DNA of 64,000 bases from the human T2T-CHM13v2.0 reference genome, Homo sapiens. The translations under genes and the position numbers were made by a program. The stretch's first letter is position 1; the number at the start of each line of letters is the position of its first letter. The DNA lies in the NCBI RefSeq assembly GCF_009914755.1, contig NC_060928.1. The stretch is one strand, 5' to 3'. This document shows positions 40,065 through 61,652 of this stretch, one piece after another. Under the pieces are notes generated by a model. It had not been told where the DNA came from and searched no databases. It worked only from the letters and a program-made list of their open reading frames with translations.

Positions 40065-40716
40065 GAAATAGGAATGCTTTTACACTGTGAGAGTGTAAAT
40101 TAGTTCAACCATTGTGGAAGACGGTGTGGCAATTCCTCAAGGATCTAGAACAAAAAATACCATTTGACCCAGCAATCCCCTTACTGGGTATATACCCAAA
40201 GAATTATAAATCATGCTACTATAAAGACACATGCACACGTATGTTTATTGCATCACTATTCACAATAGCAAAGACTTGGAACCAACCCAAATGCCCATCA
40301 ATGATAGACTGTATAAAGAAAATGTGGCACATATGCACATGGAATACTATGCAGCCATAAAAGGAGTGAGTTCATGCCCTTTGCAGAGACATGGATGAAG
40401 CTGGAAGCCATCATTCTCAGCAAACTAACACAGGAACAGAAAACCAAACACTGCGTGTTCTCACTAATAAGTGGGAGTAAAACAAGGAGGACACATGGAC
40501 ACATAGAGGGTAACATCACACACCGGGGCCTGCCAAGGGGGTGGGGGGCAAGGGGAGGGAAAGCATTACAACAAATACCTAATGCATGCAGGGCTTAAAA
40601 CCTAGATGATGGGTTGATAGGTACAGCAAACCACCATGGCACATGTATACCTATGTAGCAAACATGCACATTCTGCACATGTATCCCAGAACTTAAAGTA
40701 AAATAAAAATAAAAAA
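40065..40716 (+). mobile_element. 5'-truncated L1PA8
   Basis: 3'UTR cctaatgcatgcagggcttaaaacctagatg diagnostic. Confidence 0.88.
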
Positions 40717-40737
40717 GATTTAGTTGTAAGAACGTCC

Positions 40738-41041
40738 GCCGGGCGCGGTGGCTCACGCCTGTAATCCCAGCACTTTGGGAGGCCGAGACGGGCAGATCAC
40801 GAGGTCAGGAGATCGAGACCATCCTGGCTAACACGGTGAAACCCCGTCTCTACTAAAAATACAAAAAAAAAGAAATTAGCCGGGCGTAGTGGCGGGCGCC
40901 TATAGTCCCAGCTACTCGGAAGGCTGAGGCAGGAGAATGGTGTGAACCCGGGAGGCGGAGCTTGCGGTGAGCCGAGATCAGCGCCACTGCACTCTAGCCT
41001 GGGCGACTGAGCGAGACTCCGTCTCAAAAAAAAAAAAAAAA
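40738..41041 (+). mobile_element. AluY (CpG-rich, young)
   Basis: gagatcgagaccatcctggctaacacgg, ggagcttgc; TSD aagaa(c/t)gtcc. Confidence 0.95.
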
Positions 41042-42614
41042 AAGAATGTCCTATAAATTTTTTTATTATGAAAAAATGTTATCACCACAAAAATGACAGC
41101 CATATGAGGTAATGCATATGTTAATTAGCTAGATTTAGTCATTCCACAATGTATAAATACTTCAAAATATTATGTTGTACACAATACATACATACAATTT
41201 TATCTGTCAATTTAAAAAGTAAATATTTATTTTGGGGTATGATAAAGCAAATATCTTCAGTTACATGCTGTTACTGAAATTTAAGGACTATTATTGTTCA
41301 AGAACGATTTTTAAATTAAAATTCTTTATACTCAAAAAATGAGGGCATAAATGGTTAATAGGTATATTTTTTTAATGTTCAACATCACTAATCATGAGAG
41401 AATGCAAATTAAAACCACAATGGGGTATCATCTCACACCTGTTAGAATGGCTACTATCAAAAACATGAAAGATATCACAAGTTGGCAAGGATGTGGAAAA
41501 AAGGGAACCCTGTACACTCTTGGTGGGGATGTAAGTTAGTACAGCCATTATGGAAAATAGTATGGAGGTTCCTCAAAAAATTAAAATATAACTAGTATGT
41601 GATTCAGCCATGCCATTTCTGCATATATATCCAAAGGAGATGAAATCAGTATGTCAAAGAGATATGTGCACTCCCATGTTCACTGCAGCATTATTCACAA
41701 CAGCTAAGACATGTAAACAACCTAAGTATCTATCAGCAGATGAATGGATAAAGAAAATGTAGTATATATACAAAGTGGAATACTATTCCGCCTTAAATAA
41801 GAAGGAAATCTAATTTGCGACAACATGGGTGAACCTGGAGAACATTAAGTGAAATTACCCAGACACAAAAAGATTTAAAAATTGCATGATCTTATTTATA
41901 TGTGGAATCCAAAAAATTCAAACTCATAGAAACAGAGAGTAAAATAGTAGTTACCAGAGGCTAAGGGGTAGGGAGTTTGGTGAAATGTTGGTCAAAGACA
42001 CAAAGTTTCAGTTACACAGGAGGAGTAAGTTCAAGAGATCTACTGCATACCATGGTACTATAGTTAATAACAATATATCGTATACTTGAACATTGTGAAG
42101 AGGTAGATTTTAAGTTTCTTACCATACACAAAAAATGGTAACTATGTGAGGTGATGCATATGTTAAATAGCTTGATTTAGCCATTCTACAATGTATACAT
42201 ATATCAAAATATCATGCTGTGTGCCACAAATAATACAATTTTTAGTCATCAATTTAAAAATTTAATAAATAGTAAATAATAAGCAGTTTTTTATATTAAG
42301 TATAGAAACCTTAAAAAGAGAAAAATCAAATAATTTTATCTATTACTTTTAATTTAATGGCAGCTAAAAATAAGCAGAAATACTACAAATCTAATAAATT
42401 CAAGAACAGAAATTTAGGAGGAAGATATGCAAATGAAATTACTCATAAGATTATATATTACAAGGCAAATCAAACTGTTGTATAGGTCAAGCTAATCTTT
42501 TTTTTTCAGTGTAATGAAGTAGGATTTGCCCATTAACTAAGTTATGTAGATCTACCTTGCTTTTTTGCCTATGTTCAACAAGATACTTAGAAAGGAATTA
42601 TTTCCAACCCATTA

Positions 42615-43158
<544 letters not shown>

Positions 43159-44394
43159 ATGTATCCTGAATTTTGAGATACAGTTGATAAATGATCAATT
43201 CTAATTGGAAGATTCCTTTAGCATCAAAAGGTAAACTCATGTTATGTCATATTTATCCTTTGAACAAGATCTCCAAGGATTTGACCATGATCCTCAAGTT
43301 AGACTTGAGGTCCAAGATGGCTGTGACCATGACATGTACCTACAGCCTCCCAGTAAGGAAGAGTGTCACCCATCGCCTCTTCTGTTGGAAACTTCTCTGC
43401 TCTCCTGAAACCCACAATGGATCATTTTAGGGAATTTAAATTAGCGTGGGCATGCCCATTGGTGTGCTCTGACATGTAACCAAAGGAGACAGGGAAAAGT
43501 CAGAGTTGAATGAATCCTGGAATTTCAGAACTGGAAGATGATGCTTGAAGGTCTAATCCTCTAAATGTACAGATGAGTAAACAGGCAGCCAAATAAATAA
43601 ATAAAAATGTAAGCAACTTACTAAAAACCACATTTGTGGAGTTTCCCTGTACTCTATGTCAGATGATAGCCTGACCTTTAATTCCTCCATAATGATGGAT
43701 TGCTTCATCCATCCTTCCATACACCAGGAAAAAACAAACTAATTAGATGCATATTTTCTATCTACTGAATGGCAAAAGGGATTCTTGGAGTGGGGCAGCA
43801 GGCAATTTGGGCTCTTGCAATTTTCCTTATAATTATGTCATTTAAAATTTTTAATCTGTCTTCTCTATTGAGATGTCTTCACTGGTAATGAATAATGACA
43901 GATGCAAACTTTTTAACTAGAATTTCATATGTTATGGAAATACTGACACTCAAGAGTTGAAGAAAACTCACTGGTGTTTTTGCTGATAAAATACATAATT
44001 TGCTTTTAGTTGCTCCTAGATTTTTATGTTGTATATACCAGTACAAAAAGAAATAACTGACATAATTGTACCTGATTTGCTAAATAACTAGCAATCATGG
44101 CAATAGTTTGATAACAGTATGACAGATAGGAAGAAAAGCAGCAGCTATTCTATATAGTCTGTGAGGACCAGAAAGTGAAATCTATGCTCTTTACTGTAGC
44201 TGAATGCATAGATCCCAATAAAAATGGCATAGGTATCAATAAAATGAGAAATGAATTGATTCCTAGATTCAAGGCCAAGTGCTTCTTGTAAGCCACCTCA
44301 AACCATTTTGTGAAACAGATCAAGGTGTAGATAAATGCATGCACACGCAGCACATTCATATATACACATAAAACTATTTTTCTCTTTCACTTCA

Positions 44395-44880
44395 CCATCA
44401 TTCATTCAATTTATTCAACAAATTTTTACTTCATGCCTACCAAGTACCAGGCACTCGTGTGAGTAACAGCAGCAAACAAGACATACCAAGCTTTCTGAGG
44501 CTCATAACCTAGAGGGAGGAAGACAGACCATAAGCAAAAAAGCAAACAGATATACAAAGTAATTTCAGAAAGTAATAAGAGCTCTGAAGAGTTGGACCAA
44601 GACATGAGAGACAGACTGGGTAAGAGGTCATTTTGATGGGAAGACCCCAGTGAAGAAGTGACTCTGAGATGGGAACAATGAGAAGGAGCCTGAGAGTGTA
44701 AAGCACTGTGTGAAGAGGGAGGAACATTCTGAGCAGGGCAAACAGCAAGGACAAGGTCAGTCAGGAGGCAGGAATAAGCTCAGCCCTAAGCATCGTGAGC
44801 GGGTGAAATGAGCAAGAAGGGGATGGTATGAGCTGAGGTTGGCAAGACAGGCAGATGTCAAGTCATGCTGGGCTTTAGGG
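44395..44880 (-). mobile_element. L2 3' end
   Basis: cattcattcaatttattcaacaaa...gcctaccaagtaccaggcac. Confidence 0.75.
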
Positions 44881-45767
44881 GTTATTCCAGTGTTGCATAG
44901 CAATAAGGGTCAGAACTCTGATTTTCTGATTTATAGCTCAGGTCCTTATTCTCCCCTTTGCCACTTTCTTTGGGGGGAGGCATGGAATGGAATAGCCAGC
45001 TGCCCATTCAAACAAAACAGAGACCTGCCAAGCTCTGGGAGGCATGGAAGAGGTGACTATGTCCTCAGTCGCATTTTGCCTTCTTGGATGTGGCTCCCCT
45101 TGGGGTTCTCTTACTTTGATTCCCATCAGTCCCATCCTGCCCAAGTCCCTGAAGTATAGTTGTCCATACACGGACAAAGAAATACTGCTGTCCTTGTTTC
45201 TCCTTGGCATGTGTGAGATAAGCAAACATTTTTAAAGGAGAAATTTAGTAAATAGAAAGGGAGAAATAGATTTCCAAAATGCAGGTTACTGAACATAAGA
45301 TTCATTCATCCCTGTGTTACCCAGCCTCAATGGATTGGTGCAGATCCTCAAATACCCTGACCAGCTTTTTTCCCACCCAAGTGCCACCCATTATTTGACA
45401 TTAGATCTTGGGGACCCATCCTGTTTCCTGACTGTGGGAGATGATCTTCCTGTCCAGTCTGTCATTCTGAGACAAGTTTGCAAAATAATCAAATTAAACT
45501 TTGATTCAAACTTGCTCTCCTTATGAATGAAAAAAAAATTTACTTTCCCAAGAAGCTCTTTCTTCATTGCCTATCCAAACCCTTTTCATTCATTAAGATC
45601 CAGTTCACATTCTATCTGATCACTCTGGGTTATATTACTGTCTTTCTCTAAATAGCTACCTACCTACCATTTATGTAAGCCAACAAAGCATTTATTTACA
45701 TATGGGTTTATTCCCAAATTGTGGCAGCAAAGCCATAAACTTCTCAAGGGTAGAGACAATGTCATAA

Positions 45768-46155
<388 letters not shown>

Positions 46156-47824
46156 CTGAAATGTAAATGTTGTATTTCTTGGATTGTTATTTTTCAGTTA
46201 TTTAAAAAAAAAAAAAAACATGGACTACATTTATATCTTAAATAAATAAAACAAAAAGATATCTTTCTTGATTAGACAGTCTAGCATAACTTTGGGTACA
46301 AGATTATGTAACTAACATCCTTATTAAATTTAATTAGGAGGTAGGGGGTTGCACTTACATACTAACATTTTTTCTTTGTGCCAGGCAATGTTCTTAGTGC
46401 TTTGCATAAATATTTTTATTTAATTAAGTGGAATAAAATCTGAGTCACATATAAACATTAGTGTACATTTAGGATGCGCAAATAAGATGAATTATTTTTA
46501 TCAATTTAAAAATGTCAGTTAATCTAATTCAGCTACCCAAGAAATCATTCCTCAGAATCCCAAATTTCTGTCTTGATGCACCTCATCATGATGAAAATAT
46601 CAAACTTAGAATGTTCAATACACTATAACATTGCTAATCATATTCTCCAATAATTTATAGTGATAATCATGTTCTTAAAATATGATTACAAAAACTATTT
46701 GAATTGTCCTAAAACGATTTTCATTTTATGCATTTGAATTAAAGTCAATAAGTTCCTCTAAAATAATTACTTTATCTCACTTTCCTTGGTATATTCTCTT
46801 AGTACTCAAGAGTATCTTTGTTTATATTAGATTCACATGACTGTCCAAATATGTAACTGTGGATGCCAGAAATATTTTTCAGATTAGGGCAAATAGTTAC
46901 TGGAAAAAAATTACTATTTTTCTACTAAAATAGTCACTGGAAATTTTTTTCTAAAAATACCCAATATGAAATGTGGTAGAATTATTTAATGTGGGAACCA
47001 CAGCTTTAACTCAAATATTGTTGGCATCAGTGAGAGTCTGTGTTGCTACATAAAGGAAAAAATAGCCCTTATTATAGATGAAATATTAAAAAGATTTCAG
47101 AAATATATAAATTTAAAAGAGGTCACTTATATTTAGTGATATATTTAGTGATATAACTTGAAATGTAAATGTGGATTTGTTGGATTGAATGTTATCTTTC
47201 AGTTTTTTTTAAAAAACCATGGACTACATTTATATCTTAAATAAATTAAACAAAAAGTTATATTTTCTTAGATAGTCTAGCACATAGCATCACTTAATAA
47301 ATGTAACCTTTCATATCACATTATCACATGACTCTCAACATTTCCAATGGTGAGATTTAGTGAGTGATAGAGATAAGTTACTTATATGTTAGTTTTTCAT
47401 AACAGTCTCAATCAATACTTATTTAAATATTTACTCATGCAGATATTCATTCCTAAAACATTTTTGTCTAATACGTGCCAAGGACTGAAGAATTACATGT
47501 TTTCTATAACACATACAGGATGTGCACATGCATCAGTACCTAATCTACTATACTCTAAAATTTAAATATTATCTCATGCTTTCAGCAGGGAGTGATTATT
47601 TAACTATATGTATATCATGCTTCTATTTACACCTCTAAATTTAAGTAATAAATAGAGGCAGATTTACCAAGAAACAATGAATCTTAAACTTTAGAGTCCC
47701 TCATTTGCACAGGCCCCTTGCAAGGTCTAAGAGGAGTTCCAGCAACAGAGTCACAAAAACATATATTTTTTGTCAAATTTGAAAATGTAAGACATTTTAA
47801 CTACAATTGTTTAAGAGCTTTCCC

Positions 47825-53969
<6,145 letters not shown>

Positions 53970-55236
53970 AAGAGCTTTCCCTTTCCACTACTACTTTTCC
54001 TTTATCACATTTTCCATTTTGTTGGGTGGCCTTGGTGTGACCAGAGGTATTTTGAAGATCCACCTTAGGGGAAGTTGAACTGGAGACATTCAGCCTGAAT
54101 TTAGTGGGATCTATTGATTCAGTCATCAGTCAATTCTCTGTGTAGTTAGGTTACTACTGGCCTCCCAGGATAAAATTTCCTCGATGAATAGTGCAAGTGC
54201 CCACTCTGGGACTCATCTGGTATCATAATTCAAAGATTAAGGGCATGGGCTATATTGTGTAATGAATGTGGAGACAAACAGAACTTTGAAATAAACAGAG
54301 CCAGATGCTAGTCTATGAAGAATTCTTTCAATTATCAGATAGGTAAAATCGTAAGTTGAAGATTTTATCTCATTTTCTGCTATTCAAAATGGAAGTTCTA
54401 TTTTGTCAGAGACATGCTTGATATTGCAATGTATTCAAATGTAAACACATTGTATTTTTTAAAGTAGGAATCCTAAAATAAAAATGTTCAGAATTCCTAT
54501 GAATGGAGGGTACAAATTTACAGTGACACTACAAACAGTGTTTTTGTAAGCAAACTTGGATATCTGTGATCTCAACATATCTGATCATCTCTTGGCATAT
54601 CTGACACATCTTGCAGTGTGGAAATTCCAGAGAAAATGGGTTCCAAAATTCCTTTTCTTAAAAAGTGATCTCTAAATTATATAAGGTTCATGTTCCACAA
54701 AACCTGGATCTGTCCCTAGATTATCCTGAGCCAGTGAATCATAAAATCATAACATCTTAAGAGATGGTATAGACTTTAAATACCATGTAGTCTGGTGGGG
54801 TTTTTTTCATATATTTTCTTTTAAGTTTCAAGATCCTTTCTTTTTTTTTTTTTTTTTTCAAATAAAGGCCTATGTTAGTTTCTATAGCACTTCCCAGGAG
54901 ATGCAATAGAAAGTCTTAGTAGTTGATATTATGAAAAAAGTAGAAAATAATAAACCCTGGAGTTATATATATAAGATGTATACTTGTTTCTATTTAATAA
55001 GAGAAGAACATATGCAGAGAACAAGGACACCAAATAGTTCTAGAAAAAAAAATAAGAATTGTACCAAAATAAAGAAAGGATTGTCTAGCATGGGTAATCA
55101 AGAATCATAAGAAAAGGAATCCAACAATATGTGTCCTAATGATAAATTAACCCAATGTCCTAAAGACAAAAATTAAATATGTGTCTTCAAGCTCTCATAG
55201 CTGGGGGGTCAAACTTCTATACTACCAAACTAACTA

Positions 55237-55538
<302 letters not shown>

Positions 55539-55819
55539 CTAATACAATGTACATAGTTTTATATAATTTTATTTTTTTTAAATGTAGCCACATGGTTCAA
55601 ATTTCAATCATAAAATATTAAAAGGTATAATTTTAAATTTTACATTTCTTTTTAAGTCCCTCTTTTTCACTTGTCCCCCATCTGCTCAGTTATGAGTGTC
55701 TCAGAAGCCCCTCCCAATCCAGGTAACCACTGATCAGTGTGTTATGTCTTCTTACAGAGTTTCTTCATGCATAATAAAGAAAATAATGAATTATTTGTCC
55801 CTCTTTCTAAACAAATTTT

Positions 55820-56520
55820 ATTCTCTTCCCAGGTTTTAAAAATTGAAACATAATATACCATAAAATTCACTCTTTTAAAGTGTACAATTAAGTGGTTTTT
55901 ATTATATTCATAAAGATGTACAGCCATCATCACTAATTAAAGAACATTTTCATCACTCCAAAAATAAATGCCCCTTAGCTATCACCCCCCTGCCCCCAGT
56001 TCCCCCAACCCACTATCCCTAAGCAATCATTAATCTACTCCTGTCTCTGTAGATTTGTCTATTCTGGACATTTCATGTAAATTGAATCATACAGTAGGTG
56101 GCCTTTGTGACTGGCTTCTTTCACTTAGCACAATGTTTTCAAGGTTCATCCATGTTGCAGCATGTATCAGTGCTTCATTCCTTTCTATGATTGACTATCC
56201 CCATTGTATAGACATATACCACATTTGATCTATTCATTAATTGATAGATATTTATTGTTTCGAAGCTTTTGGCTATTATGAATAATACTGCTACAAACAC
56301 ACATGTACACATTTTTGTATGAACAGGTATTTTCAATTGTCTTGGGATGCATCTAGGAGTGGGATTGCTGGGTCATACAGTAAATCTACATGTAATTATT
56401 TTGCAAAACTGCCAGACTCTTTTCCAAAGTGGCTACATCATTCTACCTTCCCACCAGCAACTTATGTGTGTTCCAATTTCTCCACTTCCTCACCAACAGT
56501 TGTTATTGTCCATCTTTTTA
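55820..56520 (-). mobile_element. L1MB-type 3' end
   Basis: cataaaattcactcttttaaagtgtacaatt...ggagtgggattgctgggtcat. Confidence 0.8.
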
Positions 56521-56734
56521 AATTATTTCACTTTTTAATACAAAAGGAAGGAAGCATACCATGCACACTGCTGTGAAACCTGCTCTTTCACATAGTATCT
56601 TGGGCAGATTTTACTATCTGGAAAACAGAAAGGACCTGTTTCTCGGAAGCAGCCTCAGCTGGTACAGAAGAAGAGGATGTGAGGGGAACCCTGAATGCAC
56701 GTGTGCATGCACTCACACACACACATTAATACAA

Positions 56735-56815
56735 TATAGTATATATAATATATATGTGTATAATATATATACTATATAACACACTATACTATATATACAC
56801 TATATATACATACTA
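56735..56815. repeat. TA-rich simple repeat
   Basis: atatagtatatataatatatatgtgtataatatatatactatat... Confidence 0.8.
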
Positions 56816-56904
56816 TTTCATTTGTTCCAGTTTTCTGTATCACAAACACTCACACAGAGGCCCCTGAAAGGCTCCAAGAACACCATCAATAAACTACTTA
56901 TCTG

Positions 56905-57187
<283 letters not shown>

Positions 57188-57254
57188 TTATCTGGTTCAT
57201 CCCTCACTTGACATACAAGGAAACCAAGTCCAGAGAGGCCATGTGACCTTCCTA

Positions 57255-57727
57255 GGTAGACTGGTTTGCCGAAGCTATTGTAATAAAGTATTGTAAACTG
57301 GATGGCTTAAACAACAGACATTTATTATCTGGGGTTCTGGAGGCTGGACATCCAAAATCCAGGTGTCAGCAGGGTTGTGAGAGAAAATCTCTCTTCTGAC
57401 CGCTGTGAGAGAAAATCTGTTGCAGGCCTCTCCCCTGGCTTCTGGAAGTTGGCAAGCAATCTTTGGAGTTCCTTGGCTTCCAGAAGCATCACTCTGATCC
57501 CTGCCATCAGGTTCACATGGCTCTCTCCCTGTGTGGGTCTTTGTGTGCAAATTTCCCCTTTTAATTAAGACACCCATCGTATTGGAGTAGGATGCAGCCA
57601 AATGCTCTCATCTTAACTTGATTCCCTCTGTGAAGACCCTGTTTTTAAATATAGTCGCGTTCTGGGGTGCTGGGGGCTGGGACTGCAATATATGAATTTT
57701 GGAGAAACACAATTCAACCCGTAACAC
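57255..57727 (-). mobile_element. MLT1B/C LTR
   Basis: ggcttaaacaacagacatttatt...ttctggaggctgga...acaattcaacccgtaaca. Confidence 0.8.
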
Positions 57728-58365
57728 CAAAGTTACTGCCACTAGCAATGCTTTCTAGATTTCCCAGATATCCTTGAATTTCCTAAGTGTCTTTTATACG
57801 AAGGATCTAAGCTTATAAAACATTTTCATTAGTAACACCTCTAATTAAAGACAAATCCCTTAATTCCACAAGAAAACAACTGAGATTTGATGTCAATTCA
57901 AAAAGCTAGTTATTAATCCATCATAACCCATTTTGTGGGCATTAATGGAGGATAACTTTTCATGCACACTGTGAGCTGAGGGTCAGGAAATATGGGGCCA
58001 AGCCCTGACTCTGCCATTCATTCACTGTGGGATCATTTACCTTCTGGATTGCCACTGCCTCTTATTGTAGAGGAGTTGATACGATTTTGAAATTCCAGAT
58101 GATCCTCTGATTCCTATTCTATTTGGTGATGCTCTGTTTTGTGCTAGTCTCTTCTATGCCCCCACACAAATATAGGCAACAGAGAGACAGATGATATGTA
58201 CAAGCAAGCATACTTATAACACTTATTCACAGCCCCCTAGATTCTTAGAAATAGAAGGCTTTCACTGACTGTCCTCATTTAACAAAGAAATGGAAGCCTA
58301 GGGGGCTTAAGTGACTAGTCCTAAGACACACACATCATTCCTTGCTTGAACAACTTCAAATAGGG

Positions 58366-58626
58366 CAGTGGTCCTTAAATTAGATCCACAGACCCAGGGG
58401 TCTTCATGGATGAATTTTAGGGGTCTATATATCCCTGAGAGTTAGTACACAGAAATGGAAATGAATGTACATGTGTACATTTTAATTTTTTCTGTTGGAA
58501 TGAGTCCCTAGCTTTCATCAAACTCTCAGCTCTCAGCACAATGCCTGGTATATAAGGCATACCTAGGAAACATCAGTTGACTTATGTGTGTCAAGTTCTC
58601 AACCACAGAAAAGTTAATAACTACTG
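58366..58626. mobile_element. hAT-Charlie-type MITE
   Basis: TIR-like ends cagtggtccttaa ... ttaataactactg. Confidence 0.5.
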
Positions 58627-59253
58627 AAATAGGGTAAAATAGAATACAGTCATTCTCTGGAAAATAATCCTCACTAGTTCCCATCACCCAAATGCCCTAT
58701 GTATACAGAGTCTTTCATCATCCTGCTGTTCTGAGTCCTGGATGAATTACACCATGCTGTGCTTGTCTATTAAACCAATAGAGAAAGATTTTTTAAATCA
58801 CTATTTCATCTCCTTCAGGAAATCATCCATTTTTTAAATTTCACTTTACTATCCTATTTAATTAATAAGGGTTTAAAGGTAGTTAATAAATTATAATTAA
58901 TTTAGGAAATGACCGTTTTGTCCTTATTAAAGTAATTCAAATTTTAAATGCTTGTAATTTTCATTAGTTCAATCAAGTAAGACAGCCCCATTCCAATTAA
59001 ACCTAAGCTAACTTACTTTACTGTTAGTCCAGGGAAAATCTCTGATACATTGAGCACATGTGATAGAATGATTATTAAAACTGTGACTTTGATAACTTAA
59101 TTATTTCTGTAAAGAAAAAAAAATGTGACTCTGAAAAAGGCAGGGAAATGCCTTGGGTCCAAGACAGGTGGTATCATAAGCAGAGAGCAGCAGCCCCATG
59201 GAGTAGGTGCTCAATACATATGTGATGAAGCAATGAATTAAAAAGAAGTAGCT

Positions 59254-59993
<740 letters not shown>

Positions 59994-60468
59994 CTAAAAG
60001 ATCATGGTTTTTTTGTGACCCATTGAGGAATGGTGCCATGCTGACAACTATCAATATGGATATCAAATACAACTATCTGTCTGTAGTTATTAAACATTTC
60101 CTTCTGTCAATTTGTTACTAAGGACATGCCAATATGGAAGAAGCCCAGAGGTCCAGGGACAGGGCCTCAAGACGGAAGAAGTATGATACCCTACAAGAAG
60201 CAAGCCAGGCCATTTGTGCCATAGATATGTGAAATAATGAATTATGTTAAAAAATCAAATCTTATTTGGAAATAATGTATATTGTTAAGTATTTACAGAT
60301 AATGATTAACTTTGCCAATGGAGGTTAAAAGCTCTCTTCCTTACAGTACAGGGTCTTACTCATGTTTATGTCCCCAATCCCAGGAAAGAGTAGCTGCTTA
60401 ATAAATGATTGTGGATATAAATTAAGTTTAATCAAGAACATTATTAAGATAATCAAGGAAGATCTTAC

Positions 60469-60507
60469 AAAGTTTTGCCATTTATCTTGTCTAGTTTGTT
60501 CAGCTAC
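60469..60507 (-). CDS. Candidate CNBD2-like exon (39 nt, phase 0 to 0): VAEQTRQDKWQNF
   Basis: Acceptor ctccttccttgtaatataag, donor TTT|gtaaga, open and in phase; no homology support. Confidence 0.4.
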
Positions 60508-60768
60508 CTTATATTACAAGGAAGGAGTGACTTTTGCATCCTACAAACTTCCTGGAAGAGTAATTATCAGTTAGACATCTAGGGACCATCCAAGACTTAA
60601 ATGAACACAGGAACTTTGAGTGCTCCCTTGGTGATCATTTTTATCAAAAGGATCTTTCTATCTCATTACTCTGTACTCCTTTGAGCAACAATCCTCAATA
60701 TTTTAGATAGTAAAGAACCTAAGAGCCAGATGTTCAATGAGACACCAAATTTATTCCATTTATCTTAC

Positions 60769-60845
60769 CTGGAGCTGAGGTTTCTTTGTGTTTAGCGTTG
60801 TTTTTCTAGAAGCTGAGAATGATGTCTTGGGAGAGACTGTGGATG
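60769..60845 (-). CDS. CNBD2-like exon (77 nt, phase 1 to 0): (T)STVSPKTSFSASRKTTLNTKKPQLQ
   Basis: Strong donor CAG|gtaaga; acceptor ctcttctgaaag (an alternative in-frame acceptor attctcag exists); only the phase-compatible frame is open. Confidence 0.6.
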
Positions 60846-61142
60846 CTTTCAGAAGAGTACATATTTTGTTGTTACAGATTTTTATTTTAAAATTATTCAT
60901 ATTATGATCCATTTATTAGATGAAATACTAGGCATTTCTTAAAATGGACTCATAGGAGGATATTTAACGAAAAAGGCAATACATATTTTAAGCTTTTTCC
61001 TGATTTTTATGGTACATTGAAATTATTTTATGTAATTAATAAAAATAAATATGAGACAGATAACAGGCCCACTATTGGTAGATTCCAACTCAGAAATCAA
61101 TTTCAATATTTGTGTAGCATCATTTCACAGAAATGTTCTTAC

Positions 61143-61287
61143 TTTCTAAACTTCTCCCAGGTACATCAACAGTTCCTGTTGGTGGAAGACCAGTGTGGAA
61201 ATTTTTTAGGTTGGAAGAATCTGTCATTACCCAGGAATGTACAGATATTTTCTCATAATTCATCTGAGTAATTACCAGACAATGGCC
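61143..61287 (-). CDS. CNBD2-like exon (145 nt, phase 0 to 1): GHCLVITQMNYEKISVHSWVMTDSSNLKNFHTGLPPTGTVDVPGRSLE
   Basis: Acceptor gtctttttttcag, donor GAAA|gtaaga; the phase-0 frame is the only open one and continues ...ITS|GHCLV (cf. CNBD2 SKGSCEV). Confidence 0.75.
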
Positions 61288-61591
61288 CTGAAAAAAAGAC
61301 TGAATAACTGACTACCAAAGAAACTTGGATTTCTTTAACGCATCATCTTCTATATTGACATGTAAAGATTATTTAATTCAAAATTCCAAAGAGGAGTTGA
61401 AATTACTCCTGATTAGTTATACTATTGAATCATCGAATATGTCAATGGGTAATCTATGGTCAGGTTCAACTAGCTCCTAGTTCTAGAGATGATCATAAAT
61501 ATGAAGGCATTATAGAAGATATGTAATCTTTGGTTGTAGCTCTCTACCAGAATTTTAACTGAAAAAGTTAATGCTTCTATTACATACTTAC

Positions 61592-61652
61592 AGATGTGAT
61601 TAATACAAGGAAATCTGAGTTTAAATTATCAGAGATAATGTTTGTTCCAGCC
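61592..61652 (-). CDS. CNBD2-like exon (61 nt, phase 2 to 0): (x)AGTNIISDNLNSDFLVLITS
   Basis: Acceptor ccattttctttcag, donor TCT|gtaagt, open frame; resembles the G-x-x-I-x-x-D...F-I-x-x-I-x-S strand of a cNMP beta-roll. Confidence 0.75.

Larger units (their letters stand above)
39160..42265 (+). mobile_element. L1MA-type element containing a nested L1MA 3' end (about 39980-41220), L1PA8 and AluY
   Basis: ORF2 C-terminal remnants interrupted near 39978 and resumed near 41345; L1MA 3'UTR at 41800-42265. Confidence 0.75.

Noticed and set aside
43240-43413. Protein-looking minus-strand stretch after a good acceptor, with an 8-bp hairpin
   Set aside because: Stops in all frames, no convincing donor, no recognisable homology
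44280-44340. Motif resembling an ancient Penelope-like repeat end (cttgtaagccacctcaaa...)
   Set aside because: Too short to support without an HMM search
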